A stretch of DNA of 63,179 nucleotides from an uncultured bacterium (GTDB lineage: Bacteria; Oederibacteriota; JAAXVQ01; JAUVAV01), in NCBI GenBank assembly GCA_965371665.1, contig CBDUZI010000003.1, positions 1 through 63,179 of the forward strand, written 5' to 3'. Within the stretch, counting starts at the first letter, position 1. Each line of letters opens with the position of its first letter. Shown piece after piece: positions 44,974 through 55,193 of the stretch. Position numbers and translations under genes: made by a program. The notes under the pieces were generated by a model, which saw nothing but the letters and a program-made list of their open reading frames with translations, was not told where the DNA came from and searched no databases.

Positions 44974-46461
44974 TTATTTACTCACCTTCCGCAACAGCCA
45001 CTCCATAATCAAACGCACTCCGGAACCAGTGGCCCCCTTGGAATAGATTGCCCCGGCCTCGCCCCAAGCCGTGCCCGCAATGTCCAAGTGAACCCAGGGC
45101 GCTGAATTTATAAACTTCTCCAAAAAAGCCGCGGCCGTGATCGTCCCAGCGCCTGATTTGCTGCTGATATTAGCTACATCCGCAACCTCGCTTTTTATCA
45201 GTTCGCGGAATTCATCCCATAGCGGCAACCGCCATACCTTTTCTCCTGAATCCCGGGCCGCAGCCTTGATTTCATCTGACAATTTATCGTTATTTGACAC
45301 TAATCCAACCGCAACATGCCCCAAAGCCACGATGACCGCTCCGGTTAGAGTAGCCAGGTCAATAATACAATCCGGCTTAAAACGCTGGATATATGTCAGG
45401 GCATCTGCCAGAATCAGTCTTCCCTCTGCATCGGTATTAAGCACTTCTATGGTCTGGCCCGATAAACTGGTCAGAATGTCTCCCGGCCGATAAGCCGTGG
45501 CAGAAGGAAGATTCTCCGCCGCCGGAATAATCCCCGCCAGATTTAACGGCAATTTGAGCTCTGCCGCTGACTGGATTATGCCCAATACTGCTGCAGCGCC
45601 GCACATATCATAACGCATTTCGTCCATTTTGGCCGACGGTTTGATGGATATTCCGCCGGAATCAAATGTAATACCTTTGCCAACCAGCCCAACCGGCGCT
45701 TGTCCGGTTTTTCCTCCCCTATAAATGCACTCTATCAATACCGGTGGATTGCTACTGCCTGAACCGACTCCCAAGAGCGCTCCAAAACCCTGCTTGCTTA
45801 ATTCCGGTTTTTGCTTGACGCGGACCGTAACTTTGGGATATTTCCGTCCCAATCTTATAGCTTCCCGGGCTAAAGCCTGAGGAAAGAGCCGGTTCCCCGG
45901 ACGATTTCCCAAAGTTCGGGCGAAATTAGCTCCCTCGGCAATAATTTCTCCCTGTTTGATCTGTTTGATATTTGCAGCCTTCTCCCGCAAGGCCAGGTAT
46001 AACTTAAAAGGCAATATTTTTTCTTCAGCTTTGCGAGCCGGCTTATATTCACGATATTGATATGCGGCCAGAGTCCCGGCCAGGGCGGCTGCCTGCGACG
46101 CATTACCGATTTTCACGCTTCCGAGGGCAAAAGAATCCATGGCCACTGCCAAGTTCCACTGTTTAATTTCCAGGCATTTCTTTACTGCCCGGCCTATGGC
46201 TTTGCGGACTTTTTCAATATCCATATCCCGGCTTTTCCCCAGGCCGCAAAGAATCAATCGGCGCGGACCTTTTCCCGCCGGATAAACTACGTGCAATTCA
46301 TCTTTTTTTCCTTTTACATCCCCTATTCGGCGCAAACGTTTGATTTCAGCATTCAACACAGGCGGAAGCCCCCCGCTTCGGGCCGAACTATCCTCCGCAA
46401 CTCCTATTGCTATATTTTCAGCTTTTGATAGGTCCTTATAATCTATTATTTTAATAGCCAT
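44974..46461 (-). CDS. pepA: Leucyl aminopeptidase (M17)
   Basis: 'GKGITFDSGG', 'MKYDMCGAA'-like 'MRYDMCGAAAV', 'NTDAEGRLILADAL'. Confidence 0.92.
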   Translation of the reverse strand: MAIKIIDYKDLSKAENIAIGVAEDSSARSGGLPPVLNAEIKRLRRIGDVKGKKDELHVVYPAGKGPRRLILCGLGKSRDMDIEKVRKAIGRAVKKCLEIKQWNLAVAMDSFALGSVKIGNASQAAALAGTLAAYQYREYKPARKAEEKILPFKLYLALREKAANIKQIKQGEIIAEGANFARTLGNRPGNRLFPQALAREAIRLGRKYPKVTVRVKQKPELSKQGFGALLGVGSGSSNPPVLIECIYRGGKTGQAPVGLVGKGITFDSGGISIKPSAKMDEMRYDMCGAAAVLGIIQSAAELKLPLNLAGIIPAAENLPSATAYRPGDILTSLSGQTIEVLNTDAEGRLILADALTYIQRFKPDCIIDLATLTGAVIVALGHVAVGLVSNNDKLSDEIKAAARDSGEKVWRLPLWDEFRELIKSEVADVANISSKSGAGTITAAAFLEKFINSAPWVHLDIAGTAWGEAGAIYSKGATGSGVRLIMEWLLRKVSK

Positions 46462-46501
46462 TACTATTGATTTCCCCCTTTAATTCGATTTCCTTAAGTT
46501 T

Positions 46502-46588
46502 GTCATCCCGAGTGAAACGAGGGATCTCCAAGAAAACGCTTGCTTAACAAGTGGTCTATGAGATTCCTCGGCAGAGCCTCGGAATGAC
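46502..46588. repeat. Family-1 palindromic element
   Basis: 'gtcatcccgagtgaaacgagggatctcc ... gagattcctcggcagagcctcggaatgac'. Same architecture as 8977-9058. Confidence 0.8.
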
Positions 46589-46696
46589 ATACTGAGCGAA
46601 ATAACACGAAAACGCTCATTGGCGACACTACCCTAACGGAATGCTAGTTTACGCTCATATTAACATCGAGGCAAGATTAAATAGTTTTTATAGCCC

Positions 46697-47503
46697 CTAC
46701 TTTCCCAGGGCTGTCACTATCCTGGCAATCTCCCCCATATCAAGCGTCTCGGGCCGGCGCTTGATATCAATGCCGGCCCGATCAAGCGCCTCCTCCCAGG
46801 CTGAAAGCTCCGGCATTCCGGATATACCTTGTAAACATTTGCGCAGGGTTTTCCGGCGATGCGTGAACATGGCATGGACAAGAATAAAAAAATACTCCGG
46901 ATTAGAGAGTTCTATTAGCGGAGTGGGCCGGCGATCTAAACGGACTATGGCTGAACTGACCCGGGGCGGCGGCTGGAACGCGGAGGCCGGAACTTTTTCT
47001 ATAAATGACGGCTCGCCGTAATACTGTACTGCAATAGAATAAGCGGAATAATCCTTCCCGCCTGGCTGGGCGCACATGCGGCGCGCTACTTCTTCCTGTA
47101 CCATAACCACTATTCTTTCACAACCGTCTGGGGCGGCTAATAAATGGATAACCATTTGGGTAGCTAAATAATAAGGCAGGTTGGATATCATTTTTACTTT
47201 TTTATACCCCTTTTGGCGTAATTCCAAATTCAATGCCTCCCAATCCACTCGGCGGGCGTCTTGGTGGCGAATCTCCAGATTTTGATTATGCCCAAGTTTT
47301 TCATGCAGGCGATTTGCCAGGCGCTCGTCCAATTCCAAAGCCAAAACCTTTCCGGCATGAGCCAGCAGCGCCTTGGTTAAAACCCCCTTGCCCGGACCAA
47401 CTTCTATGACAGCATCCTCCCGGCTTAATTCAGCACTATTAATAATCGGACCCAAGAATGAGAGGTCAACCAGGAAATGCTGGCCCAATCGTGATTTTGG
47501 CAT
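46697..47503 (-). CDS. rsmA: 16S rRNA (adenine1518/1519-N6)-dimethyltransferase
   Basis: 'LGQHFL', 'VIEVGPGKGVLT', 'ISNLPYY'. Confidence 0.92.
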   Translation of the reverse strand: MPKSRLGQHFLVDLSFLGPIINSAELSREDAVIEVGPGKGVLTKALLAHAGKVLALELDERLANRLHEKLGHNQNLEIRHQDARRVDWEALNLELRQKGYKKVKMISNLPYYLATQMVIHLLAAPDGCERIVVMVQEEVARRMCAQPGGKDYSAYSIAVQYYGEPSFIEKVPASAFQPPPRVSSAIVRLDRRPTPLIELSNPEYFFILVHAMFTHRRKTLRKCLQGISGMPELSAWEEALDRAGIDIKRRPETLDMGEIARIVTALGK

Positions 47504-47509
47504 ACTGGA

Positions 47510-48550
47510 TTATCCTTTTTGACGCGAATTTACGATCATATCAGCTGCCAGCGACAAGGCGGCTGACATGGAACCAGCATGGGCCTGACCTTTGCCGGCC
47601 AGATCAAAAGCTGTGCCATGATCAGGAGAGGTACGAATAATTGGAAGTCCGGCGGTTAGGTTAACTCCCCGGTGAATCGCCTCCATTTTAAAAGGAATAA
47701 GCCCCTGGTCATGATACATACATACTATCAGATCAAAAGACCTCGTTATATCATTATTAAACAAAGTATCCGGAGAGTACGGCCCGGTGACTTTAATCCT
47801 TTTATTATGGGATAAATCCCGGATCGCAGGAATAATCTCCCGGATTTCTTCCCGGCCGAAAATACCGGCCTCTCCGGCATGCGGATTCAGTCCTGCCACT
47901 GCAATACGCGGCCGTCTAATATTGAAACTCTCCTGAAGCTCCTTGGCGGCAATATTTACTATTTTATAAATTCTCTTCCGAGTGATTAATTTCGGCACCC
48001 GGGCTAAGGGCTCATGAATAGTGACTAGTACGAGCCTGAACTTCCCATCCACAAACATCATGGCAAAATCCCTGGTTTTGGTTAACCGCCCGAGAAACTC
48101 GGTGTGCCCGGAAAAAATTACTCCGGCGGCACGCCAGGCTTGCTTGCAAATCGGCGCTGTTACTACGGCATCCGCTTCCTGGTTTAAGACAAACTTCACA
48201 GCGCGTTCAACCGCAGCATACGATATCCGGCCGGTATATGGAGTCCATCTTCCCGGTCTAATTCTGCTATCCCTCTCCCTGGAAAAGGAGAGAGCAATAG
48301 GCCAAACGGGTAAAATTTCCGGTCTGAACTGAACCTCGGATATTTCCTTGACCGGAAAAATCCGAATTTTAGAGCGGCAAATTTCAGCCGCCCGGCGCAT
48401 CACCTCAGGATCACCCACGACTAAAGGCCGAATTCTCTTGGCGATTTTATTATCCTGTAGTGCTTTTATAATAACCTCAGGCCCTATGCCGGCCGGATCT
48501 CCCATAGAGATTGCCAAACGCGGTTTATAAGTTTTATTTCGGATTGGCAT
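47510..48550 (-). CDS. pdxA: 4-hydroxythreonine-4-phosphate dehydrogenase
   Basis: Start set at MPIRNKTYKPRLAISMGDPAGIGPE. 'NPHAGE', 'RTSPDHGTAFDLAGKG'. Classical pdxA-rsmA pair. Confidence 0.9.
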   Translation of the reverse strand: MPIRNKTYKPRLAISMGDPAGIGPEVIIKALQDNKIAKRIRPLVVGDPEVMRRAAEICRSKIRIFPVKEISEVQFRPEILPVWPIALSFSRERDSRIRPGRWTPYTGRISYAAVERAVKFVLNQEADAVVTAPICKQAWRAAGVIFSGHTEFLGRLTKTRDFAMMFVDGKFRLVLVTIHEPLARVPKLITRKRIYKIVNIAAKELQESFNIRRPRIAVAGLNPHAGEAGIFGREEIREIIPAIRDLSHNKRIKVTGPYSPDTLFNNDITRSFDLIVCMYHDQGLIPFKMEAIHRGVNLTAGLPIIRTSPDHGTAFDLAGKGQAHAGSMSAALSLAADMIVNSRQKG

Positions 48551-49376
48551 AGCAATACACGCATCCTTGGGGACAGGCCATTTGATATGACCCAATATCC
48601 ACAGATAAAGTACATCCACAATCCGGACGCTGTCCGGAATCTTTTTTTAAAGCTGCTATTTCTTTTTGAGGATGCAATTCCGTCAGCAATTCACCATCTA
48701 TGCATTGGGCCGGCTTTATGCCATGGGGTATAAACTCAGAAGTACAACAAGACCTAACTTCTATTCCGTGTTTTTTCGCCTGTTCCTGAAGCCAGTCGGC
48801 TATTGCCCGTATACGGAACGCTCTGGGCTTGATCCAATTTAACTTATATTGGCGCGCCCGGCGAAGCGACTTCCGATACCACTGACATAGCGAGACTGTC
48901 ACTCGTCTCAAGCCGGCTTGAGATGCAACGGTGCAAATTCGTTTAAAGGCCGCCAGGTTGCTCTGAATATCGCCGCCCTCCCGCCAAAATACAATTGGAT
49001 CAAAACGCCAGTTTACGCGTCCGGGATCTCCGGCCAATTCGATTAATTTCCGGAATTGATATACCGCTTTTTCCCAGGGTATGATCCCGGGTTCCAGCAA
49101 AGTGCCGCCCAACCCGGTTATGGTAAAATGAAAAAAAACCTGATTATAGTGTCCCAACTGCTCACGCAATCCTCCGGCATTCTCCAAGAGTGGAGAATAG
49201 TCCTTAGACCATAGTACCAAGGTATGTACGAATGCCGGCTTAAGCTCGACCAGTCTTTCCCGGCCGTTAAAGGGATTTTGTACCTTAACCTGACCCGCTC
49301 GCAGCCAGGCCGCCAGAGTTTCCGGAAAACAGCGGGGTAGATCCGTACGTCGGGAAGCGGAAATAACTTGCCGCAT
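48534..49376 (-). CDS. DUF1848-like protein with C-terminal CX3CX2C (radical-SAM-type) cysteine cluster
   Basis: N-terminal 'VISASRRTDLP' matches the DUF1848 signature I recall. The C-terminus 'CPQGCVYCYANP' is CX3CX2C. Extra Cys pairs 'CCTSE' and 'CGC'. Confidence 0.6.
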   Translation of the reverse strand: MRQVISASRRTDLPRCFPETLAAWLRAGQVKVQNPFNGRERLVELKPAFVHTLVLWSKDYSPLLENAGGLREQLGHYNQVFFHFTITGLGGTLLEPGIIPWEKAVYQFRKLIELAGDPGRVNWRFDPIVFWREGGDIQSNLAAFKRICTVASQAGLRRVTVSLCQWYRKSLRRARQYKLNWIKPRAFRIRAIADWLQEQAKKHGIEVRSCCTSEFIPHGIKPAQCIDGELLTELHPQKEIAALKKDSGQRPDCGCTLSVDIGSYQMACPQGCVYCYANPK

Positions 49377-49378
49377 TT

Positions 49379-51805
49379 TTATTCCGGAGAACCGTAGTGT
49401 TTATCCAGGGGTGATCCCGGAAGAGCGACTTCGTAAATCCGGCAAGGTTGTTCAATCCCTTTCAACAAAACCGGTTCAGCCATCTCTCTTAGAATTATCT
49501 TTTTTTTCAACTGCATATCATAGTAAAAAAACAAAGTCTCATCCTTGAAATTGGATTCCCCGGAAGAAAGCGATTTCACCTCGACTTCCTGCTGAATCCG
49601 TTCAAATAATTCCTGGGTAATAACTATACCGCGGTTGTATAGCTTTTGATCCCAGGTATATGCATTAAAGGGAAATGGCGGGGAAAAGTGGGTTTCAAGA
49701 TAATTTTTTACCAGGTCCGAGGACCCAGAAAGACGAGCCGCCTGTGTCAAGCAAGGCGAGATCACTATGGGTATTTTATCTTCGTGATCCTCGCCCACCA
49801 GGGCATAAAATAGCTCCCCGTTAGTTAATGCTATCCCGATATCCACCCGCGGCATTGAAAATCCCAAGGCAACCTTGGATAAAATATTACGCAGAACGGT
49901 CTCTGATATTACCTCCGCATCGGACTGGGACAACTGCGTTAAGAATTCCAGCACTTCCGGTTTTATCCTGCTTTTCACCAGGCCGGACAGCGCTTGCCTG
50001 ATCTTTTTTGGCTGCCGCGGATTCACTCCCAGCTCGGCGGTGGATTGATAAATCTCTTTAGCCTTACGTACATGCCCCTCCCGGGATACAACTCTAAGCT
50101 TGTTAAAACGGAAGGCTACCAGATAAGCGGCACGAATTGCGTTCACGGCCCGCATATAGTATGCGGCATAGCCGTCGCCGGCAAAATAAATTCGTTGGCC
50201 ATGACAAGACAAAGCTGCGGTGTTAACCGCCGTAAGATATGGCGCTAAGTAAGAGGCGGTATCCTTGGTCAGTTTCATCGTGGTTTCCGTCGAATTGCGC
50301 AGATCGGCAAACATAAAAATCACATGATCTCTCCGCTGATCCGTCAGGGGATAAATCTCGCCTTCCGCCCGGCAGATAAAGAGATTGCCTTCCACAAAGT
50401 AGTTTTCCACCTTGACTTGCTGCGGGTTCCAGATCGATTTATAAACCCAACGGTTTTTAGCGCCCTGCTCCTGTTTTTCCAATATCAAATCATAGCTGCG
50501 CCATAGCCGGAGTCCCTGCCAATCCAGGACTTGGTTGGTATCCCGTCCGTAATGGGAACGCAACAGACGAAAATCTTCCGCCAGGGCAAGATATGTGCTG
50601 ATACGCTGGAGGGTCTTGTCTATCTCCATCAGCAATTCCCGCTTCCGAAGCGGGGCCCAAAAAGTCCTTCGGCTTCGGTTAACTTGCTTCACCCCTTCTC
50701 TTAGGCGGGTGCGCACCTTGTCCACTTCCGGGGAATGTTTTCCGCGCAGTATCTTTAGAAACCGCCTCCGCGCCGAAGACTTTATGAGCAATTCCCCCAT
50801 CTGTCTCTCGTTGGCCACAAAAGATATGATCTCGCCGGCATCCAGGGATGAGCGCAGGTATTCGCGCAGGCTGCTCCGCAGCCGTACCCGGGCGTTTTCA
50901 AAAATCAGTTTAGTGCGAAGCTCGCTTTGGCGGCGAACGGATTTCAGCAAACGCCGGCGTTCCTTGCGCTGCTGCCAAATCCAGTTTAAAGTAGCAGGCT
51001 CGGCCAAGGAGCGTTTAAGGTTCTTAGCCTCGATTTTTTTGCTTTTAAATACCAGTTGGCCCAGCAGGGTCATCAACTGGTTGCGCAGGGGTTGAGAAAT
51101 TTGGTAAGGATTCGGTCCCAACAAGCTTTCTTCCAACAATCCGGCATCCGCCGCATCTATAAATCCCCAGATGAAGGGATTTAGCAGACGTTGGCAGCCC
51201 TCATCCATTTCCGGATTTCCCAGTTTTTCCGCGCGCCAACTCCGAAGTTCGTCGCTCTTCTCGACTTGTTTGAAAACCAGTACCAGGGAACGTCCCAGAG
51301 TCAGACGCGCAGTAGTGGCCAACCGGCCTAAACTCTCGATATTTTTTTCAAAATGTTCCGAAATGATCTCTGCTATCAGAGTAGACAAGGCCAGCAACAC
51401 TAAATAATTAAGCCGGGAAATACCGGAAGCGTGCTCCTGAGTTATTGCATTTAAACGCAGACCGCGGAAGGCTTCGGCCACGGCCGCCAGTTCATGGTTC
51501 ACCCAGTGCTGAAAGCTTTGCACTTTCAGGCGGGGAGTTTCACACCATTGGTCGAAAAAGATATCCGCCAGTTCCGAATCCGGTATTGTAAACACCATAT
51601 CGGCTTTCGTTCCGGCTTCCTGCAGCATTTCTGAAAACCGCTCCACCGCCTGTAATACCAGTTTCTCAATCCCTCCCTCCCCCTGCTTGGGGGGCGGAAA
51701 AGCCGCTTGATGAAATTTCATTCGGCCGCCGTAATTAACTTCCGAGGAATGGTGTTCAAAAAGAAAGCAATCCAGGCGTTCAGGTAAAATATGCCGTGCC
51801 TTCAT
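49379..51805 (-). CDS. Large protein: ~470-aa uncharacterised helical N-terminal region plus class III adenylate/guanylate-cyclase-type catalytic domain with a long insertion
   Basis: 'VIFMFADLRNSTE' (metal Asp, F-x-D-i-x-g-f-T), 'YFAGDGYAAYY' (second Asp), 'IGIALTNGELFYALVG', 'ISPCLTQAARLSG', 'LKGIEQPCRIYEV'. About 90 aa are inserted between the second and third motifs. A start at 51721 (MKFHQ) is also possible. Confidence 0.65.
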   Translation of the reverse strand: MKARHILPERLDCFLFEHHSSEVNYGGRMKFHQAAFPPPKQGEGGIEKLVLQAVERFSEMLQEAGTKADMVFTIPDSELADIFFDQWCETPRLKVQSFQHWVNHELAAVAEAFRGLRLNAITQEHASGISRLNYLVLLALSTLIAEIISEHFEKNIESLGRLATTARLTLGRSLVLVFKQVEKSDELRSWRAEKLGNPEMDEGCQRLLNPFIWGFIDAADAGLLEESLLGPNPYQISQPLRNQLMTLLGQLVFKSKKIEAKNLKRSLAEPATLNWIWQQRKERRRLLKSVRRQSELRTKLIFENARVRLRSSLREYLRSSLDAGEIISFVANERQMGELLIKSSARRRFLKILRGKHSPEVDKVRTRLREGVKQVNRSRRTFWAPLRKRELLMEIDKTLQRISTYLALAEDFRLLRSHYGRDTNQVLDWQGLRLWRSYDLILEKQEQGAKNRWVYKSIWNPQQVKVENYFVEGNLFICRAEGEIYPLTDQRRDHVIFMFADLRNSTETTMKLTKDTASYLAPYLTAVNTAALSCHGQRIYFAGDGYAAYYMRAVNAIRAAYLVAFRFNKLRVVSREGHVRKAKEIYQSTAELGVNPRQPKKIRQALSGLVKSRIKPEVLEFLTQLSQSDAEVISETVLRNILSKVALGFSMPRVDIGIALTNGELFYALVGEDHEDKIPIVISPCLTQAARLSGSSDLVKNYLETHFSPPFPFNAYTWDQKLYNRGIVITQELFERIQQEVEVKSLSSGESNFKDETLFFYYDMQLKKKIILREMAEPVLLKGIEQPCRIYEVALPGSPLDKHYGSPE

Positions 51806-51849
51806 AAGTATGGTTTGCCTTTCTATAGTCTGCTGTATCCGATTACTGC

Positions 51850-53067
51850 CTATTGCATTTCCTGCTGCACACGCTGTATATTCGCCCGTGCCTTCTCATG
51901 CCCGGGATCAAGCTCCAGAACCTGTTTCCAGGCGGTCAAGGCCTCATCCACTTTCCCCCGTTGATAGGCGGTCAACCCGTCAGCATAATAGGTTTGGGCA
52001 CGGCGGCGATTAAATAATTTCTCTTCCGCCAATTCACGGCGGACCCGCGTCAACCATTCCCGGCACTCGGTATTTCCGGGATCCTCGGCCAAAGTGTTTT
52101 CCCATTCGCGGACCGCCCCGGTTAAATCGCCCTGGCAATACAAGGCCGCGCCGGCCTTAAACCGGCGACGGGATTCGAAACGGGAATTAGCCTGTTTTTT
52201 CTCTTGTTTAACCGCCGCCCATGCGCGGCGGCGGCCTTGGTTCGCCGATTTATGCAAGGGAAAAACGTGAAGAATTTTCTTAAAATAACTTAAAGCGCTG
52301 TGAAATCGTCCTGCCGCTAAAGCCCGTTCCGCCCGCCGCAGTTCCCTTTTCTCCCAGTTTTTCAGCTTGCCCGCGGTCCACAACAATCCGTTTTTCGCTT
52401 CTTCCAGCGCCGGCTCCCTGCGGGAAAGATCGCGCCAATGGCTATGCGCTTTAAACCACTGGTCTTGAAGCTCTGCCTCTCTGGCCAGGCTTATTAAATG
52501 CTTGGTTTTCTGCTCCCGCTGCCGCCCCGCCAAAGCCCGGTGGGTCATTTCCAGATATTTCTTCAATTGGGGCTGGTCCGGATTAAGTTTGGCCGCTTCG
52601 GAAAAACCAGCCTCAGCGCCGGCCCAGTCCTTTTTTCGAAAAGCACGCATACCCTGATGGTACAGATCCCTGGTCAGATTATCAAAAACGCTTTCCTGGT
52701 CTCCCACATAGGCTTCCTCTGCCAGGCGTTCCAGGCCGGCCCGCGCCGGCTGATTAGACGGCTCCCTGGCCAGAACCTGCTGCCAGATATTCTTCGCTTT
52801 TTTTATCTGGTTTTGGCAATAATACTCTTCGGCCTTCTCCAGTTCAGCACCGATTCTTTGGGCAAAATCCGGAGAGGTTTTTATATTCTTTGGCAAGACT
52901 GCATCGGCCGCATGCCGGTCAGCCGGACAAATCCGAGAACAGCTTTGCGCCGGCTCTGCCGCGCATGATCCGGTTATTCTTTGATGACAACCGGAGAGAA
53001 CTAATATTACTATAAAACACACTACTGGAATAAGGCTGTTCACGCCATGCTTACCATCCCTTACCAT
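51850..53067 (-). CDS. TPR-repeat lipoprotein
   Basis: Start set at MVRDGK. 'ILVLSGCHQ' lipobox. Several TPR units, for example 'ALTAWKQVLELDPGHEKARANI'. Confidence 0.7.
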   Translation of the reverse strand: MVRDGKHGVNSLIPVVCFIVILVLSGCHQRITGSCAAEPAQSCSRICPADRHAADAVLPKNIKTSPDFAQRIGAELEKAEEYYCQNQIKKAKNIWQQVLAREPSNQPARAGLERLAEEAYVGDQESVFDNLTRDLYHQGMRAFRKKDWAGAEAGFSEAAKLNPDQPQLKKYLEMTHRALAGRQREQKTKHLISLAREAELQDQWFKAHSHWRDLSRREPALEEAKNGLLWTAGKLKNWEKRELRRAERALAAGRFHSALSYFKKILHVFPLHKSANQGRRRAWAAVKQEKKQANSRFESRRRFKAGAALYCQGDLTGAVREWENTLAEDPGNTECREWLTRVRRELAEEKLFNRRRAQTYYADGLTAYQRGKVDEALTAWKQVLELDPGHEKARANIQRVQQEMQ

Positions 53068-53404
53068 TAATCTGCGCCAGCTGATCTCCCTTTTGACATG
53101 CCTGTCTCTCGCAGGTCCCGGCCGCCAGTTCGAGCACACCGCAACAGCGTAATTTATAGGGGCCTATTCTCCCTGGTAATAAGGTATATATCTCCAGAAC
53201 AAATCCGCTATTATTAATATAAACCGCATCAATCGCAAATCGCAAGCCCCAGGAATGCACTCCCTGGCAGGGGGTTAAATAGAGCCCTTGTTCCGGCCTG
53301 GGGCCGGCATGGTGGAGCCCTCCTGTCAGCCGCCCCATAAAACTCCGGGCCTCCCTTACCTCTGACGCCAAGATATTCCCACGCGTTACATTTTCAATTT
53401 GCAT
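53051..53404 (-). CDS. DUF192 (COG1430) domain protein
   Basis: 'GLYLTPCQGVHSWGLRFAIDAVYINNSGFVLEI...GVLELAAG' matches the DUF192 core pattern. Confidence 0.65.
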   Translation of the reverse strand: MQIENVTRGNILASEVREARSFMGRLTGGLHHAGPRPEQGLYLTPCQGVHSWGLRFAIDAVYINNSGFVLEIYTLLPGRIGPYKLRCCGVLELAAGTCERQACQKGDQLAQINGKGW

Positions 53405-53629
53405 GTGGTTGATTCTAGCAAATTTTCACTTTCTCTTCAATGATATGATGCACAAGTTTATATAATTGTTCGTTTTTTCATCTCGCTTTCTCTGATCGTG
53501 GTTTATGTAACAAATAGTAACCTCGCGCTTTCTTTCTCGACTAAATTTTATTTATCTGTTATATAAATAAATTAAGAAATTTCAGGAGCAATTCATGCCT
53601 TGCCCCTGCCCAAGTTTCAGGAGGACAAC

Positions 53630-55189
53630 ATGAGCAAAATCGCGTTCCCAAAAAACTGCTGTTTTCTGACTGCCAGAATACCTATGGTTGCCATCACCCT
53701 AGCCGGTCTCAGCCTAGGTTTCTGTCCTGTTTTTTCCCAGGCTGACTCTATTACCTTCAAGGCCGCTTTGAGCCACGCCCTTACAAATAATTCCAGCATT
53801 AAACAGGCCGTATCCGACCTTAATAAATCCCAGGCCTTGGTGGAGAAAACCTATGGAATGTTTGATCTCCAGCTGGACGGCAATCTCACTTATTCAGAAT
53901 CCAGGACCGCGCCTGCCTCCGCTCTCGCTCCTGAGGAAACCGAGGTTCTTTCGTACAAATTCTCTTTATCCGAAAAAATATTTACCGGCGGACGCTTAAC
54001 CCTGGATTACAATTCTTCCCGGACTAATCTCCTCTATCCGGAAATCGGGGCTGACCCGGGCTTGCCGGGAATGGACCTCTCTATGTTCACTTCCGGCGTG
54101 AATCCCGCTTATCAACCGGCCTGGTCCCTGGGATTTTCCCAGCCCCTGCTCAAGGATTTGCTGGGACGGCCGGATCAAGTTGCTATTCAGATCGGCGAGC
54201 ACACAATCCGGTTATCCCGCGAACAATTAAAAAACACGGTCCTCGAACAGGTCGCGGGATTAAAGAACGCTTACTTTTCCGTAACCCTGGCTGAGACGGT
54301 TTTAGACATTCAGAAAGAAAACTTGAAAGACGCGGAAGCTTTTTACCGCCAAACTCTCAAACTCAAGCAGATCGGCATGCGGGAAAAAAAGGATGTGCTT
54401 CAGACCAAGGCCTCGCTTTTGAATGCCCGGGCGGAAATCACGCCCGCGAAAAACCAGGTAAAAGCGGCCCAGGAAAACTTTTTCCAGTTAGCCGGTTTTC
54501 CTGCCGCGCAATGGGAGACCTTGTCTCTAATTATAGAAAAAAACATTCCGGAAATTGTATTCCCGCGCGAATTGTCGCCGGAACTGGAGACCTCTCTGAT
54601 TAAAGTCCAGCCAGCCGTGATCATCTCTCAATTAGGCCTGGAAATCGCTAAATTAAGTAAACGGATCGCGGACAACGCCGCCTGGCCGGCTTTAAACTTA
54701 TTTGGCAATTACGGGCTCAGCGGCCTGGATGAAAGTTTCAGCAGCGGCCATGATAAACTATTTTCGAATGACTACCCGGCTTTTGCCGTAGGTCTGAATT
54801 TCACCCTGTATCTTCCCGACCGCAACAGCTCCGGGGATATCGCTATAAAAGGCGAGGAATTGGCCAAGGCTGAAGAACAGCTGGCTTTTCTGGAAAAAAC
54901 CACCAGAGTTCGGATTCGCCATGCGCATCGAAGCTTATTATCCGCCCGGCAGAATTACGAATTGAAAAAATCCAGCCGCGAACTCCTGGAGCAATATCTC
55001 GAAATCCAGAATAAGCATTTCTCCCAGGGAAGAATCTCGACCCGGGAGCTCTTAATGGCACATGGGGATTATCATGGCGCTCAGTTTAAGGAAAACCAGG
55101 CCTTTTTCGAATACCACAAGGCTGTAAATACCTGGAATAACCTCACCGGCCAATACGACCAATATTATACTAGCTTGGTAAAGGAGTAA
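53630..55189 (+). CDS. TolC-family outer-membrane efflux protein
   Basis: AGGAGG RBS 6 nt before ATG 53630. Signal-like MVAITLAGLSLGFCPVFSQA. Two-repeat OEP helical/beta pattern. Confidence 0.75.
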   Translation: MSKIAFPKNCCFLTARIPMVAITLAGLSLGFCPVFSQADSITFKAALSHALTNNSSIKQAVSDLNKSQALVEKTYGMFDLQLDGNLTYSESRTAPASALAPEETEVLSYKFSLSEKIFTGGRLTLDYNSSRTNLLYPEIGADPGLPGMDLSMFTSGVNPAYQPAWSLGFSQPLLKDLLGRPDQVAIQIGEHTIRLSREQLKNTVLEQVAGLKNAYFSVTLAETVLDIQKENLKDAEAFYRQTLKLKQIGMREKKDVLQTKASLLNARAEITPAKNQVKAAQENFFQLAGFPAAQWETLSLIIEKNIPEIVFPRELSPELETSLIKVQPAVIISQLGLEIAKLSKRIADNAAWPALNLFGNYGLSGLDESFSSGHDKLFSNDYPAFAVGLNFTLYLPDRNSSGDIAIKGEELAKAEEQLAFLEKTTRVRIRHAHRSLLSARQNYELKKSSRELLEQYLEIQNKHFSQGRISTRELLMAHGDYHGAQFKENQAFFEYHKAVNTWNNLTGQYDQYYTSLVKE

Positions 55190-55193
55190 AAGC

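Noticed and set aside
49379-51805. The cyclase protein as a Pycsar PycC or CBASS cyclase.
   Set aside because: It is much larger than the PycC proteins I recall. It has class-III rather than CD-NTase motifs, no TM, TIR or other recognisable effector follows it, and it is embedded in a housekeeping-type operon (pdxA-rsmA). Defence remains possible but unsupported.
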